From the NCBI GenBank assembly GCA_963771465.1, contig CAVYTU010000017.1:608001-672000 (forward strand): a DNA stretch of 64,000 nt, written 5' to 3'. A program made the position numbers and the translations under genes. Of the stretch, positions 9,699-20,214 are shown piece after piece. The stretch is from an uncultured delta proteobacterium. Lineage in GTDB: Bacteria > Desulfobacterota > Binatia > UBA9968. The notes under the pieces were generated by a model. The model did no database searches and was not told the origin of the DNA. It saw only the letters and a program-made list of their open reading frames with translations. Every line of letters starts with the position of its first letter. Position 1 is the stretch's first letter.

Positions 9699-10196
9699 TC
9701 AGGATATCGAACGGCGCATTTCATAGTTAAGCAGTGCCGGATCGTTTCGATAGGGTTCGGTTTTTCCCGTCAGAGAAAATCCCAGGCACTGGTAGAAATT
9801 GATTGCGGTGTCGTTGTTGCTCGTCACTAGCAACAGCAAGATGCGAACATGCTGTGTACGCGTCCAGGCGACGATCGCTTCAACCAACGTGCGGCCAATT
9901 CCGAGGCGGCGATGCGTCGGCGCGACCCACATCGAAACTAAGTCCACACGCGAGGGTTCATTTGGATTCAAAATACCCGCGGCCATGCCGACCGCAGCAC
10001 AGTCATCCAGCGCAAGGTAGCCAATCGATTTAGCGTCGCTCCACTGTACGGCTCGTTTCATCCAATCGGCACCGGTGAGCTTCGATTCCTCGGCAAACGT
10101 GGAACTGAAAGCGGTGGGCGAGTCCTGCAACGCGCGCAGGCGAATGTCTTTGAAGATTGGAGCGTTCCTGGCACTGATGAGTTCGATGGCAATCAT
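9699..10196 (-). CDS. GNAT N-acetyltransferase
   Basis: RLRALQDSPTAF, SMWVAPTHRRLGIG, NDTAINFYQCLGF. Confidence 0.92.
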   Translation of the reverse strand: MIAIELISARNAPIFKDIRLRALQDSPTAFSSTFAEESKLTGADWMKRAVQWSDAKSIGYLALDDCAAVGMAAGILNPNEPSRVDLVSMWVAPTHRRLGIGRTLVEAIVAWTRTQHVRILLLLVTSNNDTAINFYQCLGFSLTGKTEPYRNDPALLNYEMRRSIS

Positions 10197-10218
10197 GGTC
10201 CGTTATTGCTTGCGCAAT

Positions 10219-11247
10219 CTATTTCTCCAACAATCGCTTCATCCGGCCGACGACCTCCGCCGGTTGGGCGATGACTTCGCGTGCGAGTGTTGCTAGCTCG
10301 TCGCCGCCGACCGGGTCGATGTCGAGTTTTCGCTCTCTCGCTTGGGCCTGAAAATCTGCGTCGGTCAAAGTTTTGTAGAACGCGCTCTGGAGCATTTTCG
10401 CGCGCTCCGTCGGCAGGCCCGGCGAGCTGACGTAGGGACGGCCGAATGCGCCGACGGCTAGGATGATCGTCGCGAGCCGTTTGCCTGCTTCGGGAGTCTT
10501 GTGTTCGTTCATCAGCTCCCAGATGGTTGGGATGTCAGTCAGTCTCGGATCGCGCTTCTTGCCAGTTTGTACCAGGATGCGGATAAAGCCACTCTTGAAC
10601 CAGCCGATGAGCGGTTCCCGTCCGAATAAGGTTTCGACCGAAATACCGCGGCAGTGTACTTCTTCCCGTTCCACCGCCAATTCGACTTCAGGTCCATCCT
10701 TATACCCGGTGAGGGTATTGAACTTAGCGCCGAGAGTTTCTTCCAATAGGTTCGCGATATAGTAGCCGGTCGACGCCGTGCCGGTGGCGCCGCATTTTGG
10801 CGGCACCGCGGCTTTGCGCACGTCCTGAATCGATTTGTAGGGCGAGTTGGCGCGGATGTAGACGAGCTGTTCGACCAGGGTGGGACTACCGAGCCAAGTA
10901 AACTTCGTCCAATCGAACTGCACTTCCTTCCTGCCGACCAGCTGATCGAAATAGAGCCCGCTGCGAATCCCACCCAGTGTAAGCCCATCGGGCTTGGCGA
11001 CTTTGTAAACGTAGTTGGCCGCAATCATCGCGCCGGCGCCCGGCATATTCTGGACGATGATATTCGGATTGCCGGGAATATATTTGCCGAGATAGCGGGC
11101 GATCAGTCGTGTCCAGGCATCATCGACGCTGCCGGCGCCGTAGCCGGCGATGATTCGGATAGTTTTGTCTTGGTGGAACGGCGCCTGTGCGGACGCGTTG
11201 ATCGGAGCAACGAAGACGAGAGCCAGAACGAACAGAATTCGCTTCAT
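10219..11247 (-). CDS. TctC/Bug-family substrate-binding protein
   Basis: YIPGNPNIIVQNMPGAG, AKPDGLT, TGYKDG; RBS GGGAGG. Confidence 0.9.
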   Translation of the reverse strand: MKRILFVLALVFVAPINASAQAPFHQDKTIRIIAGYGAGSVDDAWTRLIARYLGKYIPGNPNIIVQNMPGAGAMIAANYVYKVAKPDGLTLGGIRSGLYFDQLVGRKEVQFDWTKFTWLGSPTLVEQLVYIRANSPYKSIQDVRKAAVPPKCGATGTASTGYYIANLLEETLGAKFNTLTGYKDGPEVELAVEREEVHCRGISVETLFGREPLIGWFKSGFIRILVQTGKKRDPRLTDIPTIWELMNEHKTPEAGKRLATIILAVGAFGRPYVSSPGLPTERAKMLQSAFYKTLTDADFQAQARERKLDIDPVGGDELATLAREVIAQPAEVVGRMKRLLEK

Positions 11248-11279
11248 GACAACCTCCCGCGCGGGACTTAAGCGCGGCG

Positions 11280-11320
11280 ATCATAGCGAGTTTGCCGTAA
11301 AGCTTACAAGGGCTGTAAGC
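11280..11320 (-). promoter_or_regulatory. Candidate -10 box with palindromic operator over the -35 region
   Basis: TATGAT (minus strand, 11280-11285) and GCTTACA-N5-TGTAAGC (11302-11320). Confidence 0.4.
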
Positions 11321-11413
11321 AAGAATAGATTTCACTGAAGCGAGGCCGAGCTCGTAGTGGCTATCACATTGCTTCGTGATTCTCTCGGCGACGAAGTGGT
11401 ACCTGCTGCGGAT

Positions 11414-12022
11414 TCAGCTGAACAGGAAACGGACTAGTGTGCGGAACTCTGGTAGGGATCGAGAACGAAGAGTTTGGCGACTTCCGAAGTGTCGACCATG
11501 ACCGTATTGACCTTCAGCAAGTTGAAAAACCGTTAAATCACGGCGAGTCGGGTCTACCAGCCAGAGTTCGTCGACACCGTTCACTTCGTAAATCTTCTTC
11601 TTTTCGACGCGGTCTCGTTGCGCCGTGGCAGGAGATAGTATCTCAACGACTAAGTTAGGCACGATCTTAAGGAATTGACCGCGCCCGACATGGGGACCTT
11701 CCGCCCAGCGCTCTGAGGAGATGAAAGAGATATCGGGTTCGAGCGTGTCTCCAGACGGGAGGTTGTAGCCGGTGCTTGAGCCAAAGACTTTGCCGAGCTT
11801 TTTCGAGTCGACGAAGTCGAAAAGCGCACGACTCATCCTTGCTTCGATTTCACCATGTCCCCAGCCCGCCGGAGGAGTCATAACGATCCTTCCATCAGTT
11901 AGCTCATAGTGATTGATGTCGGTAGCAGGGCGAGTTTCAACCCAGCGTTTAAAGGCCCTTTGGTCGAACCTATCGGTTGAAATAAAGGTGGTTTCTATGG
12001 TTCTCGCGGTTCCGGCGGGCAT
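11414..12022 (-). CDS. Uma2 (DUF820) PD-(D/E)XK-like endonuclease
   Basis: YEL.DG.IVM.PP...H, EPDISFI, PNLVVEILSP, KKKIYE..GV.E.WLVDP. Confidence 0.93.
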   Translation of the reverse strand: MPAGTARTIETTFISTDRFDQRAFKRWVETRPATDINHYELTDGRIVMTPPAGWGHGEIEARMSRALFDFVDSKKLGKVFGSSTGYNLPSGDTLEPDISFISSERWAEGPHVGRGQFLKIVPNLVVEILSPATAQRDRVEKKKIYEVNGVDELWLVDPTRRDLTVFQLAEGQYGHGRHFGSRQTLRSRSLPEFRTLVRFLFS

Positions 12023-12029
12023 ATCGAAA

Positions 12030-12038
12030 ACAATAGCA
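12030..12038 (-). promoter_or_regulatory. Extended -10 promoter, leaderless Uma2 transcript
   Basis: TGC-TATTGT followed by 7 nt and then ATG; no SD sequence. Confidence 0.55.
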
Positions 12039-12108
12039 AATTTCTTCAGGCTCGGCTACGCGAGCCGGGCGGCGGAACGGCTGAGAGGTCTCAATGCAGA
12101 CAGTCGTT

Positions 12109-13626
12109 TCACGACTGTTCCTTGATGAACTCTGCGCCCCGCTCGGCGATCATCATGACGGTGAGATTGGTGTTGGCGTGGACGACGGTGGGCATGATCG
12201 ACGCGTCGCCGATCCACAGATTGTCGACGCCGTGGACGCGCATTCGTTGGTCGACCACGGCCATGGAGTCCGACGCCGGCCCCATCTTGCACGTGCCGAT
12301 ACCGTGATAGTAGCTGGTGTAGGAAGAGCGCGCGAATTTTTTCCAGTCTTCGTTGAGGTTGGGTGAAAATAGCTCGCCGTAGAACTGACTCAATGGCTCG
12401 GTACTGGTCAGGCGCTGGACGAACTTCATCGCTGCCAGCATCGCCGCGATATCATTCGGATGTTCCAGGACTTGCGGATCGATGTTGGGCAGATCGTTTG
12501 GATTAGCGCTTTGCAAAGTCAGTTTGCCGCGGTTGGTCTGCTCCAGCAGATTACACGAAAATCCGAGCATGTCGCCGAGCCCCGTGAGCGCGATCGCTTC
12601 ACGCGGAATGATATGGAAGTTGATATATTCCCGCGCCGGATCGGTTTTGAAATAGAGCTTCAAGGTCGAGCGGCCGCGCATGAGCCATTCTTGTTTGATC
12701 GGGTTGGCTTTAAAATTCATCGTCAGCATCGGATGATCCTGATAATTTTCACCGACGCCGGCCATATCTTGTACGACGGGAATTCCCAGCTGCTTGAGCT
12801 GCGCGCTTGGACCGATGCCCGAAAGCATCAATATCTGCGGCGAGTGATACACACCGGCGCTGAGCACGACTTTGTCTGCGGTGGGACTGCAGTCGCGTCC
12901 GTCTTTGCGATAGCGAACGCCGGCTGCAGTCTTGCCGTTGAATGAGAGCGATCCAACCTGTGCTTCGCCGATGACAGTAAGATTGGGTCGGTGACGCGCC
13001 GGATCGAGATAAGCAACCGTCGCCGATTGGCGCCTGCCGTCTTTGATGTTACGGGCCACCGGCGCCACGCCGTAGGGATTGGGAATATTTTGATCGATGA
13101 AACGCGGCACGCCGAGTTTGTCCAGGGCTTCAAGAAGCGCGAGCTCTTGCTCGCCGAGTTGGGTGTCGTAAAGATGTTTGCGCTTGACGTAGATCGGCCC
13201 AGAGTTGCCGTGGATCGGACTATCGGGAAAATCCTGATCAGATTCCATTCGTCTTAACACCGGCAAAACTTTGTCCCATGACCAATCGGGATTGCCCTCA
13301 GTCACCCAGCGATCCAGATCGGCTTTAATAGGCCGAGGTATCGCCATCATGTTCACCGACGATCCGCCGCCGGTAATCCGGCCGGCCAGCGAATAGAACT
13401 CGCTGCCGTCGTAATTGCGCTTAGTCGGATACATTTGGATGTAGGGACTTTCAAGCAGTACGTGCGTAGTTTTATCGGCGTCGGCGACAGTCTCAGGAAT
13501 CGGCTGCGGGTCCGGCCCGGCCTCGAGCAGCAGTACTTTGCGTTTCGGCTCCTCGGAAAGCCGCGCCGCGATCACGCAGCCGGCTGAACCGCCGCCGACA
13601 ACGATGACGTCGTAATGGTCAGACAT
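12109..13626 (-). CDS. GMC-family FAD oxidoreductase (choline dehydrogenase-like)
   Basis: GGGSAG, LLEAG, GGGSSVN, SPQILMLSGIG, GENYQDH, YHGIGTCKMG, DASIMP, ANTN. Confidence 0.95.
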   Translation of the reverse strand: MSDHYDVIVVGGGSAGCVIAARLSEEPKRKVLLLEAGPDPQPIPETVADADKTTHVLLESPYIQMYPTKRNYDGSEFYSLAGRITGGGSSVNMMAIPRPIKADLDRWVTEGNPDWSWDKVLPVLRRMESDQDFPDSPIHGNSGPIYVKRKHLYDTQLGEQELALLEALDKLGVPRFIDQNIPNPYGVAPVARNIKDGRRQSATVAYLDPARHRPNLTVIGEAQVGSLSFNGKTAAGVRYRKDGRDCSPTADKVVLSAGVYHSPQILMLSGIGPSAQLKQLGIPVVQDMAGVGENYQDHPMLTMNFKANPIKQEWLMRGRSTLKLYFKTDPAREYINFHIIPREAIALTGLGDMLGFSCNLLEQTNRGKLTLQSANPNDLPNIDPQVLEHPNDIAAMLAAMKFVQRLTSTEPLSQFYGELFSPNLNEDWKKFARSSYTSYYHGIGTCKMGPASDSMAVVDQRMRVHGVDNLWIGDASIMPTVVHANTNLTVMMIAERGAEFIKEQS

Positions 13627-13861
13627 AGGAAGCTCCTGGATTTAGATTGAATTCAGGTTTCGATTGGATTCGAAGCTTGCAGTTTGGCAGCTGTTCTCGT
13701 ATCTGTTGGATCGTTTCAGAACTGATTCCCGGGAAATTTAGCAAATATAACCCGCTCAAGCTTCGAATTAGTTGTGGGCGAGATCAGTGCCTTGTCTGAG
13801 ACAGTTTCATTAATTCCGTGGGAGTGCAGAGACTCTTTTTGCTCTTGATTACGAGCCGGGC

Positions 13862-15133
13862 TTACTCTTCTCCTTTGAAATCCAACATCCCCTGAAACTC
13901 CAGTCCTTCGATCTCCTGCAAGGTTTTCCCCGCGATCCCCTGTAAGTCGCCGTACATGCCCACCGTCGCTTGCATGACTCGGTCGATTTGTTCTTCGCGT
14001 TTGGCCCATTGGCGGGTAATCGCTTTTTTCTCGCGGTCCAAATCTTCTTTCATACTTGAGAATGCTTCAACGATCGCTTGAACTCGCTGGCGGAAGCGTG
14101 GGCCGGTGAGATAGCCGTAGACCATTTCCATTTTGGTCTGCTGGCCTTCGCTCGCTTGGCGCACGGTGGCGACTTCGATCAGCGTTTGGCGCAACGCCAT
14201 CGCGAGGGGAAGTGTGACTTTAGGATCGGCGACCCAAACCTCGCCTGTAAAACCGAAGCTCTCTATGTCTTTGGGTAGCACCTGGCTGATGATGACGGCA
14301 ACTTCTGCTTTCGCCGCGCGCTGATCTTCGCGCAGCTTGGGCAGCCAGCCGTCGCTCCAATTTTTTGTCCGCTTCGCTTCCCACAGGATCGTGCCGCAGA
14401 TTTGATTCAGTGGGCCGACGACGCGGTGCAAGACGTCGCCGCCGAACTCGCCTTTCGGCACTGGCTGAATCGTGTCGCGGGGAAATTTCGCTGTGAGCAT
14501 GGCTTCTAGTTCGAGTTCTTGAACTTCTCCTTGAAGTTGTTGTGAGCCTTGTTCGGCGCGGCGTCTTAACTCTTCGATCTGCCTTTGCATCGCCGTGATG
14601 GTTTGGTCTTTCTCCATCACTTTGAATTTCAATTCTTCTTCCGCTTCTTTTTTGGCTTTCTCCCGTTCGTTGCCAAGATCGGCTTGCACCCGTTTCTCGA
14701 TCGTCAGGTCCAACTCGCGCTTGGCATCATCCAACTCGCGCTGCTTGCGGATTAGCTCAGCCTGGACTTTCTGCGCCTCTGCGAGTTTCACATCGCGTTG
14801 TTTCAAGACCTCCTGCAGCATGTTGATTTCTTTAGCTTTTTGGTCGAGATCGCTGCCGAGAGCGAGCTTGGCTTTATGCTGCTCCTCGGCGGCGATCTTC
14901 AGGCGTTCTTGTTGCAGCTTCTGCGCAACTTGTTGATCGAGAGTTTCCTTGGTTTTCTCAAGCGTCGCCGTCCGTTCAATCACAGCAGCCTCGCGCTTGG
15001 CCATGTCGGTATCTTTTTGCGACAAGCGCTGCTCGTAGTCGCGCCGGATCGAATCTAACAGCGGCGCGGCAAGGGATTCGGTGAGTTTGATTTCGGTTTT
15101 GCACTGGGGGCAAATAACGGTCGGTTCGGCCAT
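13862..15133 (-). CDS. DUF2130 domain coiled-coil protein
   Basis: CPQC..EIKLTESLA N-terminus, long coiled coil, GSQQLQGEVQE, FP.D.I.PVPKG..GGD, ILWEAKRTKNWS. Confidence 0.9.
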   Translation of the reverse strand: MAEPTVICPQCKTEIKLTESLAAPLLDSIRRDYEQRLSQKDTDMAKREAAVIERTATLEKTKETLDQQVAQKLQQERLKIAAEEQHKAKLALGSDLDQKAKEINMLQEVLKQRDVKLAEAQKVQAELIRKQRELDDAKRELDLTIEKRVQADLGNEREKAKKEAEEELKFKVMEKDQTITAMQRQIEELRRRAEQGSQQLQGEVQELELEAMLTAKFPRDTIQPVPKGEFGGDVLHRVVGPLNQICGTILWEAKRTKNWSDGWLPKLREDQRAAKAEVAVIISQVLPKDIESFGFTGEVWVADPKVTLPLAMALRQTLIEVATVRQASEGQQTKMEMVYGYLTGPRFRQRVQAIVEAFSSMKEDLDREKKAITRQWAKREEQIDRVMQATVGMYGDLQGIAGKTLQEIEGLEFQGMLDFKGEE

Positions 15134-15302
15134 GGTAGCTCCAATTTGTGTTCGTGAGTCGTGATCGTGCGCGTCACCGATGGTAGCGAAAACGATGTGA
15201 GGTGCCAAGCGAGAACGGGAAGTTGCGGTGTGGAGTGATGGTAAAATTCTTGGGTGTGAATACGAAGCTCAGGATCAACTCATGGCGGCAGCGAACCGAG
15301 GT

Positions 15303-16403
15303 TCAGTTCTTTTTCCCCTCGCCCAAAACCTGATTGATCAACTCTTGTACCGGTTTCATGTCTTGCCACGCTGGATTCCACATCTCCAGATATTTGACGC
15401 CGTCGCGCCGGCGCATTAAAGGGCGGACTTCGGTTTTGGGGATATCGATCCGTAGGGAATCGGTGATGCCGACGGAGTCGTGGTCGCGTTGCATGGCGAT
15501 CTGACCATCGCGCGAGAGTAACCAATTGATCAGAATCTTCGCTGCGTTCGGGTGCGGCGGCTTGTCCATCAGGCCGTAGGCGCCGCCGGTCGCATCCAAG
15601 CCGGCGCTTTCCTTCCAATGGTTGGGGTCAAGGATTTGCACCGACAATCCCTGGTCCTTGGCGTCCAAGGTGTCGTCGGATTGGCTGAATAGCCATAGGG
15701 CAAATCTTTTTTGCGCCAGCCAATCGACCGCTTGGCGGTAATCGCGCGAAAAGGTCACGTCCATTTCGCTAAATAGGCGACGCAAAAACTGCGGGCCAAG
15801 CTCGGGATGATGATAGATGAAGCGCGCGCCGTTGCGGCCTTCGCCGACTTTGACGTCGGTGGCGACGATCTTGCTTTTCCATTTGGGATTCAACAGATCC
15901 CAGTAGGATTTAAATTCAGCTTGGTTGACCAGCGCCGTGTGATAGCTGGCAAAGCGCACGTACACGCTGGCCGCGGGGACGAAAAGATATTTGCCTTCAG
16001 GATCGGAGTAGTGATGTTTTTTCAGCCACCACTTCGAGGTGTCCTTTACTTCGGGGAGAATGAAACTCGTATTGATCGGTTGCAAAAGCTTACCGCGATA
16101 AAAAGTGTGCGCTGAAGTGAGACCGAAACGGACAACGTCGGTCAAATATTTTCCCGCGCGCCGCTCGGCCATAATGCGCGAAATCACCTCGGAGCAAGAG
16201 GCGGCCACCGACTCGACTTTGATCTTGGGATATTTCTTTTGGAACTCGCCGAGATATTCGTGGCTGCCGCAGCCGGAATACGTCACCTGGCCTTCCTGCT
16301 CGGCGGCTTTGAGGGTTTTGTCCCAGTCGGCCTGCCAGTTGTCTTGGGCTTGGGCTGATCCGACGGCTAGGACGAATATGACAATTAGTAAACGGCGAAT
16401 CAT
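15303..16403 (-). CDS. ABC extracellular solute-binding protein (Fe3+/thiamine/polyamine-like cluster)
   Basis: Signal peptide, AAEQEGQV, FQKKYPKI, YWDLLNPKWK, PHPNAAK.LINWLLS..GQ; ATGA overlap with upstream gene. Confidence 0.85.
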   Translation of the reverse strand: MIRRLLIVIFVLAVGSAQAQDNWQADWDKTLKAAEQEGQVTYSGCGSHEYLGEFQKKYPKIKVESVAASCSEVISRIMAERRAGKYLTDVVRFGLTSAHTFYRGKLLQPINTSFILPEVKDTSKWWLKKHHYSDPEGKYLFVPAASVYVRFASYHTALVNQAEFKSYWDLLNPKWKSKIVATDVKVGEGRNGARFIYHHPELGPQFLRRLFSEMDVTFSRDYRQAVDWLAQKRFALWLFSQSDDTLDAKDQGLSVQILDPNHWKESAGLDATGGAYGLMDKPPHPNAAKILINWLLSRDGQIAMQRDHDSVGITDSLRIDIPKTEVRPLMRRRDGVKYLEMWNPAWQDMKPVQELINQVLGEGKKN

Positions 16404-17590
16404 GAGGCCGAGCCGAGCCGGAAAAACTCTATTGCGTTGCCGCAGACCATTTTGTGTTTTTCTGCTTCCGGCACGCCGGCGAAGTTCTTCTCGATGATCT
16501 TCAACGAGTCGGGCCAGTCGGATTCTTGATGCGGGAAGTCGGAGCCCCACATGAGCATGTCGACGCCGATCTTATGGCGCAGCTCGACGCCGACACGGTC
16601 GAATTGAAAACCCCACAGGCAATGTTCGCGGATATATTCGCTCGGCGGCCGCTTGAGCGGTTTGAAGCCGAGCAAGCGCTCTGACCAGCGACGGTGCCGG
16701 TCGTAGCGCACGTCGCCGGCTTGTAAGTAGAATGGCACCCAGCCGATCTGGTTTTCGGCGAAAAAGATTTTTAGTTTGGGAAAACGGTCGAACACGCCGG
16801 ACAATGCCCACTGCATTGCCGCGACGGCGCCGTTGCCGCGCGCCGGGCCGAAGCGGCTGCATTGCTCGACCAGTTCGTGGGTGAGTTTTTTCATTAACTC
16901 TTCCGACTCATTGGGATACTTGAACAGCGGGCCTTTGCGATCGTCGGCGCGATCGAGGTCGACGTGGACGCTGATCGGCATGTCAATTTCCAAGGCGCGC
17001 GCCCAGAATTTATCGTCAGCATCCGACGGATAAGCGTTGCCGCTGGGAAATCCTTGCAACAGCACCGTTTTGAAACCAACTTTTTTGCAATACTCCATCT
17101 CGGCGATGACACTGTCCATGTCACAGGCGAGCGGCAGGATGCCGACGCCGAGCAAACGCTCGGGATCGGTGGCGCAGTATTCGTCGGCGAGCCAACTGTT
17201 GTACGCGCGCACGATGGCCCTATAGGCGTCGTTATCTTCGACGCGGCGCCAAAACTTCGGCCCGCCTTGCTGCGATGGAAATAACACCTCGGCGTCGATG
17301 CCGTCTCTGTCCTGTTCGCCGATGCGCTGAGTCGCGCTGCCCGTGCCCGGCGTGCCTTCGTATTTACCGTCGAAGGGCAAGTATTCGTCCCGGCCCTTGC
17401 CGCCATAGAGATCGGCTGCGGCCGCCGGCCGTTTGATTTTGTCGCCGATCAGCCAGGCATCGCCGCCGTGCGGTTGGCGCACCAGTCGCGGCGCTTGGTC
17501 TCGATATTTTTCCGGTACGCGCGCGAGCCAGTGCTTGGAGTCTATTTCTAAATGTGAGTCGCCGGAAATGTATTTGTAGTTTCTTGACAT
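16400..17590 (-). CDS. Amidohydrolase_2 family protein
   Basis: ISGDSH, QDRDGIDAEVLFP, SVH, GVFDRFP.LK, MWGSDFPH. Confidence 0.93.
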   Translation of the reverse strand: MSRNYKYISGDSHLEIDSKHWLARVPEKYRDQAPRLVRQPHGGDAWLIGDKIKRPAAAADLYGGKGRDEYLPFDGKYEGTPGTGSATQRIGEQDRDGIDAEVLFPSQQGGPKFWRRVEDNDAYRAIVRAYNSWLADEYCATDPERLLGVGILPLACDMDSVIAEMEYCKKVGFKTVLLQGFPSGNAYPSDADDKFWARALEIDMPISVHVDLDRADDRKGPLFKYPNESEELMKKLTHELVEQCSRFGPARGNGAVAAMQWALSGVFDRFPKLKIFFAENQIGWVPFYLQAGDVRYDRHRRWSERLLGFKPLKRPPSEYIREHCLWGFQFDRVGVELRHKIGVDMLMWGSDFPHQESDWPDSLKIIEKNFAGVPEAEKHKMVCGNAIEFFRLGSAS

Positions 17591-17755
17591 GTGAGAATTC
17601 CTCGAATGATCACTTGTAATGAAGCGATACTAGCCAAATTGAGCGGCGCTGCCAAGCGCTGCAAACGCTTTAGCGAAACGCTGGACAAAGCGCGCTGTTC
17701 CGGTTTAGAAATGTCCCTGCACAGGCGCAATGATTTTTTACCGGGAGGATAATAA

Positions 17756-19981
17756 ATGACGCAGGTTGTGGGTCGGCCGACGCCGAGAGTCGAGGGCGAG
17801 TCAAAGGTGACGGGGAAGGCGCAGTATAGCGCCGATTTGAATTTACCGGGGACGTTATGGGGACGTTGTTTGAGAAGCCCGGTTGCTTACGCGCGGATCA
17901 AACGCATCGATACCAGCAAAGCTTCGAGGGCGCCGGGCGTTAAGACAGTGATTACAGGCATGGACGTGCCGGGTCTGCGCATCGGCCGTTGTATCTATGA
18001 CACGCCGGTGCTGGCTGAGGGCGTGGTGCGCTTTATCGGCGAGAAAGTCGCGGCCGTTGCGGCCGATAGCAAGCAAGCGGCGGAAGCGGCGCTGGAGTTG
18101 ATTGAAGTCGAATACGAAGAACTAGAACCGCTGCTCGATCCGGTACAGGCGGTCCAAGATGGCTCGACGGTGCTGCATCCCGATCTGCTCTCTTACAAAG
18201 GTCTGCCGGTTCCCGTGGAAAAAGCCGCCAACGTGTTCGCCTATCTCAAGTGGGGCAAAGGCGATATCGACGCCGGTTTCAAGCAGGCCGATGTGATCGT
18301 CGAAAATACTTTTACTACGCAGGTAACCCATCAGTCGTACCTGGAGCCGCACGCCTGCGTCGCCAACACGCGAGCCGACGGCAGCGCCGACCTCTGGTCG
18401 TGCAGCAAGACGCCGTTCGCGGTGCGCGGTCAGTTATCGAACTGCATCGGAATCGCCAAGGAAAAATTGGTTTTTCATCCGATGCATATCGGCGGCGACT
18501 TCGGCGGCAAGGGCGGTTTCATGGACGTGGCGGTGGCTTATTTTCTCTCTAAGAAAGCCGGCATGCCGGTAAAAATGGTGATGGACTACACCGAGGAATT
18601 GACCGCCGGTAATCCGCGCCATGCGTCGATCATCAAAGTCAGAACCGGGGTCAAGAAAAACGGCGCCATTGTCGCTCACCACATCGACTTTCTCTTTGAC
18701 AGCGGCGCTTACGCGTCGATGAAGCCAGCGGGATATTTGATCGGCGCGTCGACCTGCGCCGGGCCGTATAAGATTGCCAACTGTTTGATCGAAGAGCGGA
18801 TGGTTTACACCAACAAGATTCCCTGCGGCCATATGCGCGCGCCGGGCGATCCGCAGGGATTTTTCGCCAACGAGAGCCAGCTCGACATCGTCGCGCGCAA
18901 GCTCGGGATGGAGCCGACGGAATTCAAACGCAAGAACATGCTGCACGACGGCGATGAGACGCCGATCGGCGGCCATATCTCGCATATCCGCGGTGACGAG
19001 GCGTTGGATAAGGCGATCCAATTGGCCGGCTACAACAAAGCCAAGGCGAAAAACGTCGGCCGCGGCGTAGCCTTCTCAGAATGGAGTCCGAGCGGCGGCG
19101 AAGGCACCGTCTTTGTCACCATCGAGGAAGACGGCAAGGTCAAAATCATCACGCCGGTGGTCGAACAAGGCGCGGGCGTGCTCACGGTCATCGTCGAAGT
19201 CGTCGGCGAAGAGTTGCAAGTTCCGGCGGACCAGATCGAGCTCAAACAAGTCGACAGTTCCATCGTGCCGAGCGACGGCGGCGTCGGCGGCAGCCGTGCC
19301 ACGCGGGTGTACGGCAATGCGTCGTTCGAAGCCGGCACCAAGGCGCGCGAGGAATTGTTTCACTTCGCGGCCCAGGCGTTGGAAGTCGATCCAAAGGAAT
19401 TGAGCACCGACAACGGCGAGATCATGCACAGGCCATCGAAGCGTGAAATGAGTTTCGCTGAAGTGGTAAAGTTCAAAGGCGCGCCGATATACGTGCGCGG
19501 CTACTACAAAAGCACGGAGAAGTCGCACGACGCATCGGTCTCGGCGCAGATCGCGGAAGTTCACGTCGATCCAGAGACGGGACAGGTGACGCTCCGCAAT
19601 ATGATCTCGGCGCACTCTACCGGCAAGGTGATCAATCCGCTGATGCACCAGGGGCAAGTCGAAGGCGGTGTCGTCTTCGGTCTCGGCTACGCGCTTACCG
19701 AGGAAGTGTTGTTCGACGACGGTGGCAAAATTACTACAAGCAACTTTGGCGAATTTAAAATTCCCAACATAACCGACATTCCGCCGCTGAAAACGCTCGT
19801 GATGGAAAACGTGCCGGCTGGACCGGGGCCGTATAATAGTTTGGCGATCGGTGAAGTGGCCAATACGCCGACGGCAGCGGCTGTCGCGAATGCGGTGGCG
19901 GATGCGTGTGGTGTGCGCATCACCGATCTGCCGGTGACATCGGAGAAGGTTTATAAGGCGCTGAAGGCGCGCGGCGCGTAG
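17756..19981 (+). CDS. Xanthine dehydrogenase/CoxL-family molybdopterin-binding subunit
   Basis: KVTGKAQYS.D, YLEPH, IGGDFGGK, MRAPG, EQGAG, GGSR, INP...GQVEGG, AIGE; RBS GGAGG. Confidence 0.95.
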   Translation: MTQVVGRPTPRVEGESKVTGKAQYSADLNLPGTLWGRCLRSPVAYARIKRIDTSKASRAPGVKTVITGMDVPGLRIGRCIYDTPVLAEGVVRFIGEKVAAVAADSKQAAEAALELIEVEYEELEPLLDPVQAVQDGSTVLHPDLLSYKGLPVPVEKAANVFAYLKWGKGDIDAGFKQADVIVENTFTTQVTHQSYLEPHACVANTRADGSADLWSCSKTPFAVRGQLSNCIGIAKEKLVFHPMHIGGDFGGKGGFMDVAVAYFLSKKAGMPVKMVMDYTEELTAGNPRHASIIKVRTGVKKNGAIVAHHIDFLFDSGAYASMKPAGYLIGASTCAGPYKIANCLIEERMVYTNKIPCGHMRAPGDPQGFFANESQLDIVARKLGMEPTEFKRKNMLHDGDETPIGGHISHIRGDEALDKAIQLAGYNKAKAKNVGRGVAFSEWSPSGGEGTVFVTIEEDGKVKIITPVVEQGAGVLTVIVEVVGEELQVPADQIELKQVDSSIVPSDGGVGGSRATRVYGNASFEAGTKAREELFHFAAQALEVDPKELSTDNGEIMHRPSKREMSFAEVVKFKGAPIYVRGYYKSTEKSHDASVSAQIAEVHVDPETGQVTLRNMISAHSTGKVINPLMHQGQVEGGVVFGLGYALTEEVLFDDGGKITTSNFGEFKIPNITDIPPLKTLVMENVPAGPGPYNSLAIGEVANTPTAAAVANAVADACGVRITDLPVTSEKVYKALKARGA

Positions 19982-20042
19982 CGAAACAGAATGAATGAGA
20001 AAGAAAAAGTTTCCTTGGGTTTTCTCCGAATGATCGATCCGA

Positions 20043-20135
20043 CCTCTTCCCCCTCGACGGGGGAAGATTGAGATGGGGGTGCTGAAGAAATTTAAGATCA
20101 CCTCTTCCTTTGTCCTTCCCCGTCAAGGGGAAGGA
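20043..20135. repeat. Inverted pair of CTTCCCC-N-GGGGAAG palindromes (REP/MITE-like)
   Basis: CTTCCCCCTCGACGGGGGAAG...GATGGGGGTG / CACCTCTTCC...CCTTCCCCGTCAAGGGGAAGG. Confidence 0.7.
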
Positions 20136-20214
20136 AATTCGGAGCGGTGGTGCGTAGTTCTGAGGTTACCAGCCGCAGTCGGTATTAAACAGATTCGAAT
20201 CGTTGGAGGGAATC

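Noticed and set aside
11414-15133. Uma2 and DUF2130 as a defence island
   Set aside because: Both are common stand-alone genes, separated by a GMC oxidoreductase, with no other defence genes
17756-19981. Aerobic CO dehydrogenase CoxL
   Set aside because: Lacks the AYxCSFR or AYxGAGR active-site loop and has no coxMS genes
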